36,652 nucleotides of DNA from a virus (IMGVR_UViG_3300037518_000057:1-36652), one strand, 5' to 3'; positions 17,850 through 26,611 are shown, counted from the stretch's first letter. Numbers and translations: made by a program. The notes: generated by a model from the letters alone, not told the origin.

Positions 17850-18541
17850 AGACCCAGTGCCTTGATTCTCTCTGAAATGGTTTGTAGCTCAATCAGGAGG
17901 GCTTCAGCGGCTTCTATGGAGTCTACATCTACCTGAGATTCGTAGGTGTTACTCCAGATGGAGATTTTAGTGTCTGAAGTAAGAGTGAGAGAACAATCTG
18001 TAGCTACACAAAGTTCTCGTAGATCATCTACAGAGGTTTCTTCTGATTGGGCAGGCGCTGGTTCAGTAATAGCTTCTTCAGGAAAGAGGTCTGCGTAGGT
18101 GATTTCCTCGTTATTGGATAATACATCAAAGTACCAACGAGCTGTAGTATCCACCCCTGTAATAAAACTGTCATCGTGACTCCCAAAGAAGTATGCTCCC
18201 ATTTCCAAGTAGTTATAAGTGTACTGAGAAGAATGCCAGCAAAGCCCCTGCTCAAACGCTACATCTTGAATACGCTTCTTCTGGTCTTCTGTTAGATCAG
18301 CTACCCAGATTTTCTTTTTGGATAGGTTGATACTGGTTGGAGCTTCCTCCACGTTGGTTAGGTCGCATTCTTGATAACTGTTGTCTGCACCGTTGCTCCA
18401 TTTAACCGTCAGAGACAGGAGACTAACATTATTAATGTTCGTAATTACACCTTCGATATTCAAAGGGTTATACTCATCATCCTCAGTCCAGCAACTCTCA
18501 GGATTCAGGGTCACTTTATCGCCTACTTTAAATGTTGTCAT
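17846..18541 (-). CDS. Modular hypothetical protein, C-terminal domain shared with 10472..11173
   Basis: FKVGDKV..NPLNIEGVI..VKWSNG domain, middle IQDVAFEQG domain, C-terminal LCVATDCSLTL. Confidence 0.8.
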   Translation of the reverse strand: MTTFKVGDKVTLNPESCWTEDDEYNPLNIEGVITNINNVSLLSLTVKWSNGADNSYQECDLTNVEEAPTSINLSKKKIWVADLTEDQKKRIQDVAFEQGLCWHSSQYTYNYLEMGAYFFGSHDDSFITGVDTTARWYFDVLSNNEEITYADLFPEEAITEPAPAQSEETSVDDLRELCVATDCSLTLTSDTKISIWSNTYESQVDVDSIEAAEALLIELQTISERIKALGL

Positions 18542-18574
18542 AATGTATTTCTCCTGTTCATTGAATATAGGGTG

Positions 18575-18603
18575 ATATTACGTGAACTATTAGCTTACGT
18601 CAA
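18575..18603 (-). promoter_or_regulatory. sigma70-type promoter of hydrolase-sigma unit
   Basis: TTGACG-N17-TAATAT. Confidence 0.7.
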
Positions 18604-18687
18604 TAGTCTGGGATAGAATTAAATGGAATATATAAAGGGGAGGTTATAACTGGAAGGATAGTGGCAGCGTCCTTGCTGCTGGGAGGT

Positions 18688-19692
18688 TTATACTAACAAA
18701 GATTGGTATTTACTATAATCAATTTCACCAGCAAGACCAGAATGAGAATAATCACTGACTCGCTTCTCAAAAAAACTATCATGCTTATCTGCCGATAATA
18801 ACCAGTCCATCCATTCAATAGGGTTCTCACCAACTTCTTCGTAAGACATATAACCACGTTGATACAATCGTAGACGTTTTAGGAATCCCATACACTCTTT
18901 GAGTGATTCTTTAGTCACACCTTCTTGGTCTGAGATACTATAGATCAAATCAATAAATTTGTTTTCAGCCTTCTCAAATCTATCAGATAATTCAGTAGTG
19001 AATCGTTGTAGCTCAATCTTATCTAAATATGAAAGATCGGCTTGTTCAATGATTTGTACAACCTTGATGTTGTTCTCTACATGAAATGCTTCATCTGACA
19101 GCGACCACTCATTAACGTCGTTGAAGCCCATCAACAAACCAGATCGCTTGAAGTTAAGCAACAGGGTGAATGCCGCAAACAAACCTATACCTTCTCCGAG
19201 GAAAACCCTAGTTAAATGCTTTGCAAAATTCAACGGAACAGAAAGGTCTTTATCATCCTCTTTGATAATATCAATCTTATCCAACATCTCCCGGTAGTCC
19301 CTGAAGGACTTCCAATCTGAATCAGAAGAACCTAAAGCTTCAGCAAGAAGCGCATACCCTCTCTGGTGTACAGTCTCACGTTGAGCAAACGTAAGGAACA
19401 TCGCCTTAACCTCATTGTTCTTAACGTAAGGTAATAGCTGCGTATAACCATCTGCTACACTTCTATCTAGCTCAGTGAATAGAAACAGGATGCTATTGAT
19501 CGTAGCCTTATTTCCTTCTGCTGATACATTTTTTGTCTGCAACCCACTGGGTGCGTAATACTGACGAATGTCATCCTGTAAATCAATCTGATGAACATCC
19601 CAAAACATATCAATAGAGTGTTTCTTAGAGGCTTCCGCTGCAAACGCATAATTGAACGGACGGTACGCTTCATTTTCTATAAAAATACTCAT
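18688..19692 (-). CDS. nrdB: Class I ribonucleotide reductase beta subunit
   Basis: FTELD, ETVHQRGY, EGIGLFAAF, DEAFH, FFEKRVSDY. Confidence 0.95.
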   Translation of the reverse strand: MSIFIENEAYRPFNYAFAAEASKKHSIDMFWDVHQIDLQDDIRQYYAPSGLQTKNVSAEGNKATINSILFLFTELDRSVADGYTQLLPYVKNNEVKAMFLTFAQRETVHQRGYALLAEALGSSDSDWKSFRDYREMLDKIDIIKEDDKDLSVPLNFAKHLTRVFLGEGIGLFAAFTLLLNFKRSGLLMGFNDVNEWSLSDEAFHVENNIKVVQIIEQADLSYLDKIELQRFTTELSDRFEKAENKFIDLIYSISDQEGVTKESLKECMGFLKRLRLYQRGYMSYEEVGENPIEWMDWLLSADKHDSFFEKRVSDYSHSGLAGEIDYSKYQSLLV

Positions 19693-19702
19693 ATATTTTC
19701 CC

Positions 19703-22459
19703 TTACCCCTCACAACTTAAACACGTTTCAAAATCAACTTCTACTTTATTAAGGGGTTGCTTAACTTCTGGTGCATCAAGAGATGCTTTACTCGCCCTTT
19801 CTGCACGGCAGTAATATAGACTCTTAACTCCTTTCTTCCAAGCAAGGACGTGTAGATCGCTCATTTCGGTGAAAGTGGTATTCTTACCCAGCTTAATATT
19901 CAAAGACTGAGACTGGCAGATATGTTCTTGACGGATAGCAGCCAGTTCAATCACCCACCTCTGATCAATCTCCCTGAATGTTTTAAACACCTTTTTCTCG
20001 TGCTCAGAAAGAAACTCTAATGACTGGACGCTTCCGTCATCTTTCATAATACGATTCCAAACCTCCTTCGTATCGTAACCCTTCTGCTCCAACAACTGTT
20101 CTAGGTGTTTGTTCCTAATCAAATGAGAACCGGCACGTCCTTGTTCGTTAAAACAATTACTTGACCAAGGCTCCACACTAGGAGATACACCAATAATACT
20201 TGCGCTCGAAGCGTTTGGCGCTACGGCAAAAATATTTGAGTTGCGCATACCGCTACCAGCACAATCTGGTGCTTCTCCGCGCTCATCCGCTAGACGTTTA
20301 CTCTCTGCAATACCTCTAGCTTTAAGTTGAGAATATATCTGACTACACAAACTTGCAGCACTATTGAATCCACCCGATTCAAACGCAATCATTTTGGATT
20401 GGAAGTAGCTGTGCATTCCGAGTGTGCCTATCCCGGTCGCTCTCTCTTTGCTAGCAGAATGTATCGCTCGTGCTAGTTGCGGAGGCGCTAGGCGAATAAA
20501 ATACTCCAATACGTTATCGAGGAATCGAAGCAGATATTCTACCAAAGGTGTGTCTTTCCACTCATCATACCTCTCCAGATTAAGGCTACTCAGACAACAA
20601 ACCGCTGTACGTTTACTTGAAGTCATTAAGACTATTTCACTACATAAATTTGACTGACTCACATGATAGGTAGCTTTGGTAATCCAACTCGGGATATTAC
20701 GATTGGTCGTATCAATGAAGTGAATATAGGGTTCACCTGTCTCAAAACGAGTCTCAAGTATTTTCTCCCAAACCTCACGAGCACTCAAGAAGCGTCCTGT
20801 AGGGCCATGTTTGGGGTCAACTAACTCATAGTCTTCCCCTTTTATCATAGAGTTCATAAAACTATCTGTGATATTAACAGCATTATTCAAATTAAAACAC
20901 TTCTTATTCATATCACCAGAGGTAGGATCACGCATTTCAATGAATGAGATTATCTCAGGGTGATCCACGTTTAAGTATGCACCAATACTTCCTCTGCGGC
21001 TATTACCACATACCAAAGGAACCTTACCAGCTCTTACTACAATATTTCCTGTAGAAACTGTGCAGCAGTAAACTTTACCCTCGTAGTCAACTTCAGTCTT
21101 CTCAACCTTTTCCGCTAAAAAATGAGACCTTGTACCTACAGTAATTGAATAAATATCCCTAGTGTTATCTTTCTCAGAAGCATATTTACAAATACTGGAT
21201 GACCCATAACCTGCGATAACAGCGAGACACTGTACAACTTCAACATCTCCCTCATTAATAGAGGTGAATGTGATTTGATCATTCTTACGATAACCGTCCC
21301 AATAACTTATCTCATCCAAGTAAGCTCTAGCCTTACCGGGTGAAGTGCTACCTAAATCAATCCAGTTCAAATCTTTTGGAAGGTGGTTGTGCTTAACATA
21401 AAACCTGTAAGTTTCGTCTCCTGTAAGGCTATACTCAATATCGGTTGAGTTCAAGATTGTCTCAAGCCGTAGTTTCTTTCTCTCTTTTGAGAAATGGAAA
21501 CCTATCTGTTGCCCTTGTTTGTAATTATGACCGTCTGCTTGGTGTGCAATCATAAGCTGCTCAATGGCAGAAAGAGATTCAACACCACCGCAATAGTCGC
21601 TGGTGGTTAGAAACTTTATTTTATTGTGGAGTTTTAGGTCTTTGGCCTGAACCTTCTCAATATCACTCCACACACCACCTCGCTTCCGTTGTATGGCAAG
21701 ATCGTGGTTGGGCGTTACTTTCAAATCAAGACCTTTACGATTACTCTTGAGATTTACCAGCTTCCCCGAATACTCATAGTCCACCCATCGACTAGGCTTC
21801 TCAAAAGAGAATGTACCCTTACCTGTAACGGTCGCTACAAGATCATCAACCAGAGTCTCATCAAACCTTACCCACCCACGCTGCGTCAGGACTTCAGTGT
21901 CTTTTGAGTAGCATTCGGTTTGCTTGTATGCGATAGCATCTGCGTCATAACCTCTAAGGTGTGCCATAACCCCCGTAGACTTCTCATCAGGGCTTCTATT
22001 AGCAGTATGAATACCAATACCACCTCCCATCATAGAGAGCCATGCTGTCTCCTTACGGGACTCTACAAGCCCTTCCTTACTATCAGGGATATAACTCAGG
22101 TAGCAGGAAATAGGAAGACCGTTAGGTTCTACATTCTCTTCCAACCAATCACTTGCTTCGTGAAATTCATGCTTCTCAAATGTTGGCCACTCCACCTCAA
22201 CAGCATTGGACAGAACAGGGGATGCAAATGTAAACCAATGCTTACTTGCTGCATCATAAATAAACTGAGCTAACTCATAATCACCAAATGAATAACAAGC
22301 AGCGGCTCTAGCAAATGATTCTTGTGGTGACTCCTCTTTTTCAATTTTGTAGAATCCGGGCTTAGTCATCATTGCCCGTCCTTTTTCTGGTAACAACGCA
22401 TCTCGTGATAGGTCGATAATTATCCCCAAGTGCTCCTTCAAATTTACATCTTCTTGCAT
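19703..22459 (-). CDS. nrdA: Class I ribonucleotide reductase alpha subunit with intein
   Basis: PISCY, SNLCSEI, VCCLSSLNL, APNASS, SLYYCR, C-terminal CLSCEG. Confidence 0.97.
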   Translation of the reverse strand: MQEDVNLKEHLGIIIDLSRDALLPEKGRAMMTKPGFYKIEKEESPQESFARAAACYSFGDYELAQFIYDAASKHWFTFASPVLSNAVEVEWPTFEKHEFHEASDWLEENVEPNGLPISCYLSYIPDSKEGLVESRKETAWLSMMGGGIGIHTANRSPDEKSTGVMAHLRGYDADAIAYKQTECYSKDTEVLTQRGWVRFDETLVDDLVATVTGKGTFSFEKPSRWVDYEYSGKLVNLKSNRKGLDLKVTPNHDLAIQRKRGGVWSDIEKVQAKDLKLHNKIKFLTTSDYCGGVESLSAIEQLMIAHQADGHNYKQGQQIGFHFSKERKKLRLETILNSTDIEYSLTGDETYRFYVKHNHLPKDLNWIDLGSTSPGKARAYLDEISYWDGYRKNDQITFTSINEGDVEVVQCLAVIAGYGSSSICKYASEKDNTRDIYSITVGTRSHFLAEKVEKTEVDYEGKVYCCTVSTGNIVVRAGKVPLVCGNSRRGSIGAYLNVDHPEIISFIEMRDPTSGDMNKKCFNLNNAVNITDSFMNSMIKGEDYELVDPKHGPTGRFLSAREVWEKILETRFETGEPYIHFIDTTNRNIPSWITKATYHVSQSNLCSEIVLMTSSKRTAVCCLSSLNLERYDEWKDTPLVEYLLRFLDNVLEYFIRLAPPQLARAIHSASKERATGIGTLGMHSYFQSKMIAFESGGFNSAASLCSQIYSQLKARGIAESKRLADERGEAPDCAGSGMRNSNIFAVAPNASSASIIGVSPSVEPWSSNCFNEQGRAGSHLIRNKHLEQLLEQKGYDTKEVWNRIMKDDGSVQSLEFLSEHEKKVFKTFREIDQRWVIELAAIRQEHICQSQSLNIKLGKNTTFTEMSDLHVLAWKKGVKSLYYCRAERASKASLDAPEVKQPLNKVEVDFETCLSCEG
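21002..21913 (-). mobile_element. 304-aa intein with LAGLIDADG-like endonuclease region in NrdA
   Basis: QTE|CYSKDTEVLT...VTPNH...IAHQADG...SYWDG...VYCCTV...CGN|SRRG. Confidence 0.93.
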
Positions 22460-22488
22460 AACTACTACTCCCCCATATTACACCGATT

Positions 22489-22509
22489 AAAAAGCTCGCC
22501 GGAGCGAGC
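22489..22509 (-). terminator. Terminator-like hairpin just upstream of nrdA
   Basis: GCTCGC-tccg-GCGAGC then T5. Confidence 0.75.
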
Positions 22510-22535
22510 CATATTAGATATTACTTTGAATCACC

Positions 22536-22562
22536 TTTGAGGGATTTTACCCGTCATAGTTC
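22536..22562 (-). promoter_or_regulatory. Candidate sigmaE-type promoter
   Basis: GAACTA-N16-TCAAA vs RpoE consensus GAACTT-N16-TCAAA/TCTGA. Confidence 0.4.
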
Positions 22563-22594
22563 GTGATACTTGTTATAGTATATTACTATTAGAA

Positions 22595-24181
22595 TCACAC
22601 CTTCCATTTGCCATTTTTGATAAACAACAAGGCGCGTTTACCATTCTTATAAGTCACACAATTACAATGCTGCCAACTGGAGCCGCCACTGTTATAACCT
22701 AAATCAAGACTACCTAATACTCCCACCACATATACACCGTCTTTAATTGCTGGTGAGTGCGAGTGTCCAATGGTATGACGACTTCCAAGTTTCTGGTAGA
22801 TACCTATTCCACCCCTGCTGCCGTTAGTTCCTAGGTGTCCATGTGACCCTTGCTCAATACCATCATCACCACAGATCATAAAACTCTCATCTAGCTTGAG
22901 AAAAATAGCATCCGCAAGATATGGGTGATTTTCTTTCAGATACCACTCGAAGATGTTGACATATTCCCCTGCCATAATTGACTGCACCATCTTTGTTTGA
23001 CACTTCAAGAAAGTCAGCGCATTCTCAGGGCTATCATTCTTGTAATCAGCTTCCTTCAACCACCTCTCCATCGCTAGGTTGTGATTACTTTCAACCACAA
23101 CTGTTTTAGTATTATCACGCTTCATATCATTAAGTACACTAGCAACAGCTACAATATCGTTATCTACTTTATCGTTGTAGGTTTTCCATCGAAAATAAGG
23201 ATCATTACGATTGTGGTGGTTGCGTGTAGTAAAGTCCAAAACATCATGTACGAATTGGTACTCAGGTTGCAGCACATCTAGCATAGAATCACCCTTGCCG
23301 AAAGACGCTTCACACGACAATTCATCAAGACGTTCTGCGTGAATATCACCATAGGTCAGTGCTTCTACAGGACAACCTTCTTCTACTCCTTCTGGTTTGA
23401 ATTTAACATTCAGGTCATAGAACTCCCCTGTATCAGTTTCAGCAATAAGTTGACGCACAAACCAATCACCATCACTGTCAACCTCTACTAAGAGCGCCCC
23501 AAAGATATGATGGAAGATAGCTTTCTGTCCACTCTTCTGCTCAATATAATTCCGCTGAGTTACAGTGCCAGTTGTAAACAAACTACGGGCAGGCTTACTC
23601 TTATGCGTGGCCAGAGATTCCATCTGTACCTTGGCATGAGGAACAATACCAGAGTACGCACGAGTGTAGCTGTGTAAGCCGCTGAGAGGGTTTACAGCAG
23701 TAGGTAGTATGTTTAGCTCACCACACAATACAAGGTCATCAGCAAACAATACAGGCTCATTACAGATGTAATTACGAATCTTAGGGTCATACCAAACGCT
23801 ATCACTATCCTTCTCAAGATTCTGGAAGCCACTTTTATTGTATGTGTATGTGCTAACAATAATCTCAGCGCCGTAATAATCAGCAGCTTGCTCCAGAGCT
23901 TTCAGAAACTCAGAGTGGACATAGGTGTTATTCTGAGCACTTGTAACAATGAAACAGTTACCTCCCTTACGCTTCAGATTATTCCAATGATCGTTCTTAG
24001 TGCCTTGTGCTACAGGTTTGGTATAATTCTCCCAAAACTCTTGGTGATATGTTCCAGCAAGAAAGTCGTTCACTGAACTCTTACCGCAGCCAACTACTTC
24101 TGCAATTTGCCGAGAAGAATATCCATCATTCTGTAATCGTAGGATTTCTAGTTTAATATCATCCGTCAACTTAACACTCAT
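22595..24181 (-). CDS. T5 A1-like metallophosphoesterase/nuclease with N-terminal HTH
   Basis: TSAQNNT, YNKSGFQN, YGDIHAE, FVHDVLDF..RNHH, VESNH, HGH, GHSH, SLDLGYN..SSW as recalled for T5 A1. Confidence 0.85.
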   Translation of the reverse strand: MSVKLTDDIKLEILRLQNDGYSSRQIAEVVGCGKSSVNDFLAGTYHQEFWENYTKPVAQGTKNDHWNNLKRKGGNCFIVTSAQNNTYVHSEFLKALEQAADYYGAEIIVSTYTYNKSGFQNLEKDSDSVWYDPKIRNYICNEPVLFADDLVLCGELNILPTAVNPLSGLHSYTRAYSGIVPHAKVQMESLATHKSKPARSLFTTGTVTQRNYIEQKSGQKAIFHHIFGALLVEVDSDGDWFVRQLIAETDTGEFYDLNVKFKPEGVEEGCPVEALTYGDIHAERLDELSCEASFGKGDSMLDVLQPEYQFVHDVLDFTTRNHHNRNDPYFRWKTYNDKVDNDIVAVASVLNDMKRDNTKTVVVESNHNLAMERWLKEADYKNDSPENALTFLKCQTKMVQSIMAGEYVNIFEWYLKENHPYLADAIFLKLDESFMICGDDGIEQGSHGHLGTNGSRGGIGIYQKLGSRHTIGHSHSPAIKDGVYVVGVLGSLDLGYNSGGSSWQHCNCVTYKNGKRALLFIKNGKWKV

Positions 24182-24250
24182 ATTCCAACTCTCCCGCTTT
24201 AACCCATGTCAAATCTTGTCTGAGAACAGGGGTATTAACTCCCGTGCTGT

Positions 24251-24340
24251 TCATTTGAGACTCCTAATTTGTCGGCTACTTTCACCCAACATACTACGGC
24301 GAAGAATCTCAATCTTTACTTCATTCGTTAGCTTACTCAT
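24251..24340 (-). pseudogene. Truncated HTH fragment paralogous to the A1-like N-terminus
   Basis: MSKLTNEVKIEILRRSMLGESSRQI vs MSVKLTDDIKLEILRLQNDGYSSRQI. Confidence 0.6.
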
Positions 24341-25164
24341 TTAATATCCTCTGGTTTAATAGCATAAAACTTCTTAATTACGTTACCGTCCTCAAAAACC
24401 CTTTGTAAGTCTTCATGTGATAAGTCTTCAAACTCTATCTCACAAAAACTCCCGCAGTCGGGCATAATGATTTTTTGCTTATGACCTCTATTTGGATCAA
24501 GTGATTTCAAAGGTATTGAGCCATCCTTATCCTTCAAGCATGTGTGACCAACCTGCTCCTCCAACTCAGCCATCTTATTAAATTGCTCGGGGAAGTCCAC
24601 ACGAATCTTATTCCAATAACCAGCTCCCCCTTTAACGCAACCAATACAGTTGTTATTGGGATAACCAAGCGTGTACATTACAGGGCGCTTAATACCCTGT
24701 TTCTCCAAGTAATGCAAACAAGCAGGCTTATCCATCATCTTCTCAATGAGGGGAAACAACGGTTTAGCGTTAGGATACTGTTCGAGGAATCTAAGAGCGC
24801 GGTTAATCTCTTTTTTAGAATACTCAAACCCAAACACCTGACCACTGTAGTTCATCTCATTCTGCACCTGATAACGAACATTCTTTTTTAGCTCAAGTGT
24901 ACATCGTGCTCCTGCTGGGCCATTTACATAACCTGTTCTAGCAATAACATCAAACTGATCAACGTACTTCTCAGATCGTCTAGTCTGAATTTCTTTATCG
25001 TACCAATCTTCACATTCTCTCTTGAATCTTGCGTTATCAGGGTGAGCTGAGTCTATCTGGAAATAAATAATCTCCACGTTATCTTTCCCATAAGCGTCTA
25101 GTGCTAACTTGCACGCAACTGCGCTCGTAACTCCCGCTGACCACCACGCTATAATCTTATCCAT
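24337..25164 (-). CDS. PAPS-reductase-like (PP-loop) protein with Cys cluster
   Basis: WWSAGVTSAVA, HPDNARF, ARCTLELK, NNCIGCVKGG, CGSFC. Confidence 0.85.
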   Translation of the reverse strand: MDKIIAWWSAGVTSAVACKLALDAYGKDNVEIIYFQIDSAHPDNARFKRECEDWYDKEIQTRRSEKYVDQFDVIARTGYVNGPAGARCTLELKKNVRYQVQNEMNYSGQVFGFEYSKKEINRALRFLEQYPNAKPLFPLIEKMMDKPACLHYLEKQGIKRPVMYTLGYPNNNCIGCVKGGAGYWNKIRVDFPEQFNKMAELEEQVGHTCLKDKDGSIPLKSLDPNRGHKQKIIMPDCGSFCEIEFEDLSHEDLQRVFEDGNVIKKFYAIKPEDIK

Positions 25165-25485
25165 TTAATCCTCCCTAATAGAGTCCCAATGACTCTTTTC
25201 ACCGTCAGTTATGGTAAAAGATTTCTGACACAATTCTTCTCTAAGCTCTACCGCTAGACGTGATGTCTTATCTAACAACTCTACCTTTGATACCGGGAAT
25301 CTAGGGTAGTTAATTATACCAACTACTACACCAATTTCAGACCCCTCTGTATAAATATATTCTGTTGCAGTAACGGTTACACAAAAGCCTTCTCTGTAGC
25401 AAAAACTCCGACAAACATCTCTTGCTTTGTCTACATCACCAGCTATGTAAATTTTAATATCAATATCTTCACATTTTGTAATCAT
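25165..25485 (-). CDS. Conserved phage protein (INYPRFP motif)
   Basis: IYIAG...CVTV...YIYTEGSE.GV.VGIINYPRFP. Confidence 0.8.
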   Translation of the reverse strand: MITKCEDIDIKIYIAGDVDKARDVCRSFCYREGFCVTVTATEYIYTEGSEIGVVVGIINYPRFPVSKVELLDKTSRLAVELREELCQKSFTITDGEKSHWDSIRED

Positions 25486-25977
25486 TCAACAATCCTCAGT
25501 ATCACTCTCATTAAATTGCTCATCCAACTCACCCCACTGGGGTGGCTTGTAGTTAATACTCTTCAATATCTTCTGACTACCTGTTGCTACAACTTCACCC
25601 CATACGCTACCATTAGTATGTACTCTCACATCCTTATATCGTTTATCATCCTTGTATGAAAGCACAGTCTCAATAGCATCAGCTTGAATACCCTCCTGAC
25701 AAAACTTAGAAAGATTACTTTCATTGACGATGCGCATAACTTCGTAAGGGTCATATCCCATCTGATCTAACATGCCTACCGCAACCACAATAATATCTGC
25801 GAGAGCATCAACCACCTCTTTACGATTACCAGCAGCAAATGCTTCCTCTAATTCTCGGTGTTCCTCGTCTACGAGATTCTTATAGCAAATTACTTCAGCA
25901 GAATCTAACTCACGGTACTCGCTGGTGTTACCTGCTTTACGATTGAATCCAATAATACCTTCAAACGGATCACTCAT
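25486..25977 (-). CDS. MazG-like/PRA-PH NTP pyrophosphohydrolase
   Basis: EEHRELEEA...EVVDALADIIVV...VNESNLSK...KILKSINY; start refined to MSDPF. Confidence 0.85.
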   Translation of the reverse strand: MSDPFEGIIGFNRKAGNTSEYRELDSAEVICYKNLVDEEHRELEEAFAAGNRKEVVDALADIIVVAVGMLDQMGYDPYEVMRIVNESNLSKFCQEGIQADAIETVLSYKDDKRYKDVRVHTNGSVWGEVVATGSQKILKSINYKPPQWGELDEQFNESDTEDC

Positions 25978-26088
25978 CGTCTTCCTCCATTTCCCGCCGC
26001 AACAACTCGGATTCCACAATATAAAGCAAACTCTCAAGCTCCTCTGTATCTGCGAGAAAGATATACTCGGTTACTTCTTGGTGATCAA

Positions 26089-26328
26089 TCATTTTGGTTC
26101 CCCTCTATCTGGATTTTCAGGTTTATTCAAATAATCAGCTTGCAGTAACAATGTAATTTTGCTGAATAAGAGTGGATCATAGTCTCGTAATGAGGTGTCT
26201 TCGCGATGTATCCATTCCATACGACCATTAAAATGATTACCGACAAGCTCCTTCAGGACTTCCAAAGGGTCTAGCTGAATGGTTGTACCAGAAGTCTTAC
26301 TTGCTGTAAAGCAGCGTTCTTGTGTCAT
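26089..26328 (-). CDS. Hypothetical protein
   Basis: GGAGGAG RBS, packed ORF. Confidence 0.65.
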   Translation of the reverse strand: MTQERCFTASKTSGTTIQLDPLEVLKELVGNHFNGRMEWIHREDTSLRDYDPLLFSKITLLLQADYLNKPENPDRGEPK

Positions 26329-26329
26329 T

Positions 26330-26611
26330 TTATTTCTCCTCCCATTCTAACTCAATGGTTTCTGTAACTATACGGGAAGGAATATATCTACCTTCTTCTA
26401 TGCGTTGAACATCTTTAGTAATACTGATATTAACTCTATCTACAATAGTATCTGGTTTAGAATTACCCATAACAGATACATCAATTATATCCACATCTAC
26501 TGTACTTATTACCCATTCCGTATTATTCACATTCTCACTAAAGCCTGATAGAATATTTTGAATAGAATGCTCAACTCTGCGTTTCAGTTTTATCAACTCA
26601 TCATTTGTCAT
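26330..26611 (-). CDS. Hypothetical protein
   Basis: GAGGTG RBS, ATGA overlap. Confidence 0.7.
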   Translation of the reverse strand: MTNDELIKLKRRVEHSIQNILSGFSENVNNTEWVISTVDVDIIDVSVMGNSKPDTIVDRVNISITKDVQRIEEGRYIPSRIVTETIELEWEEK

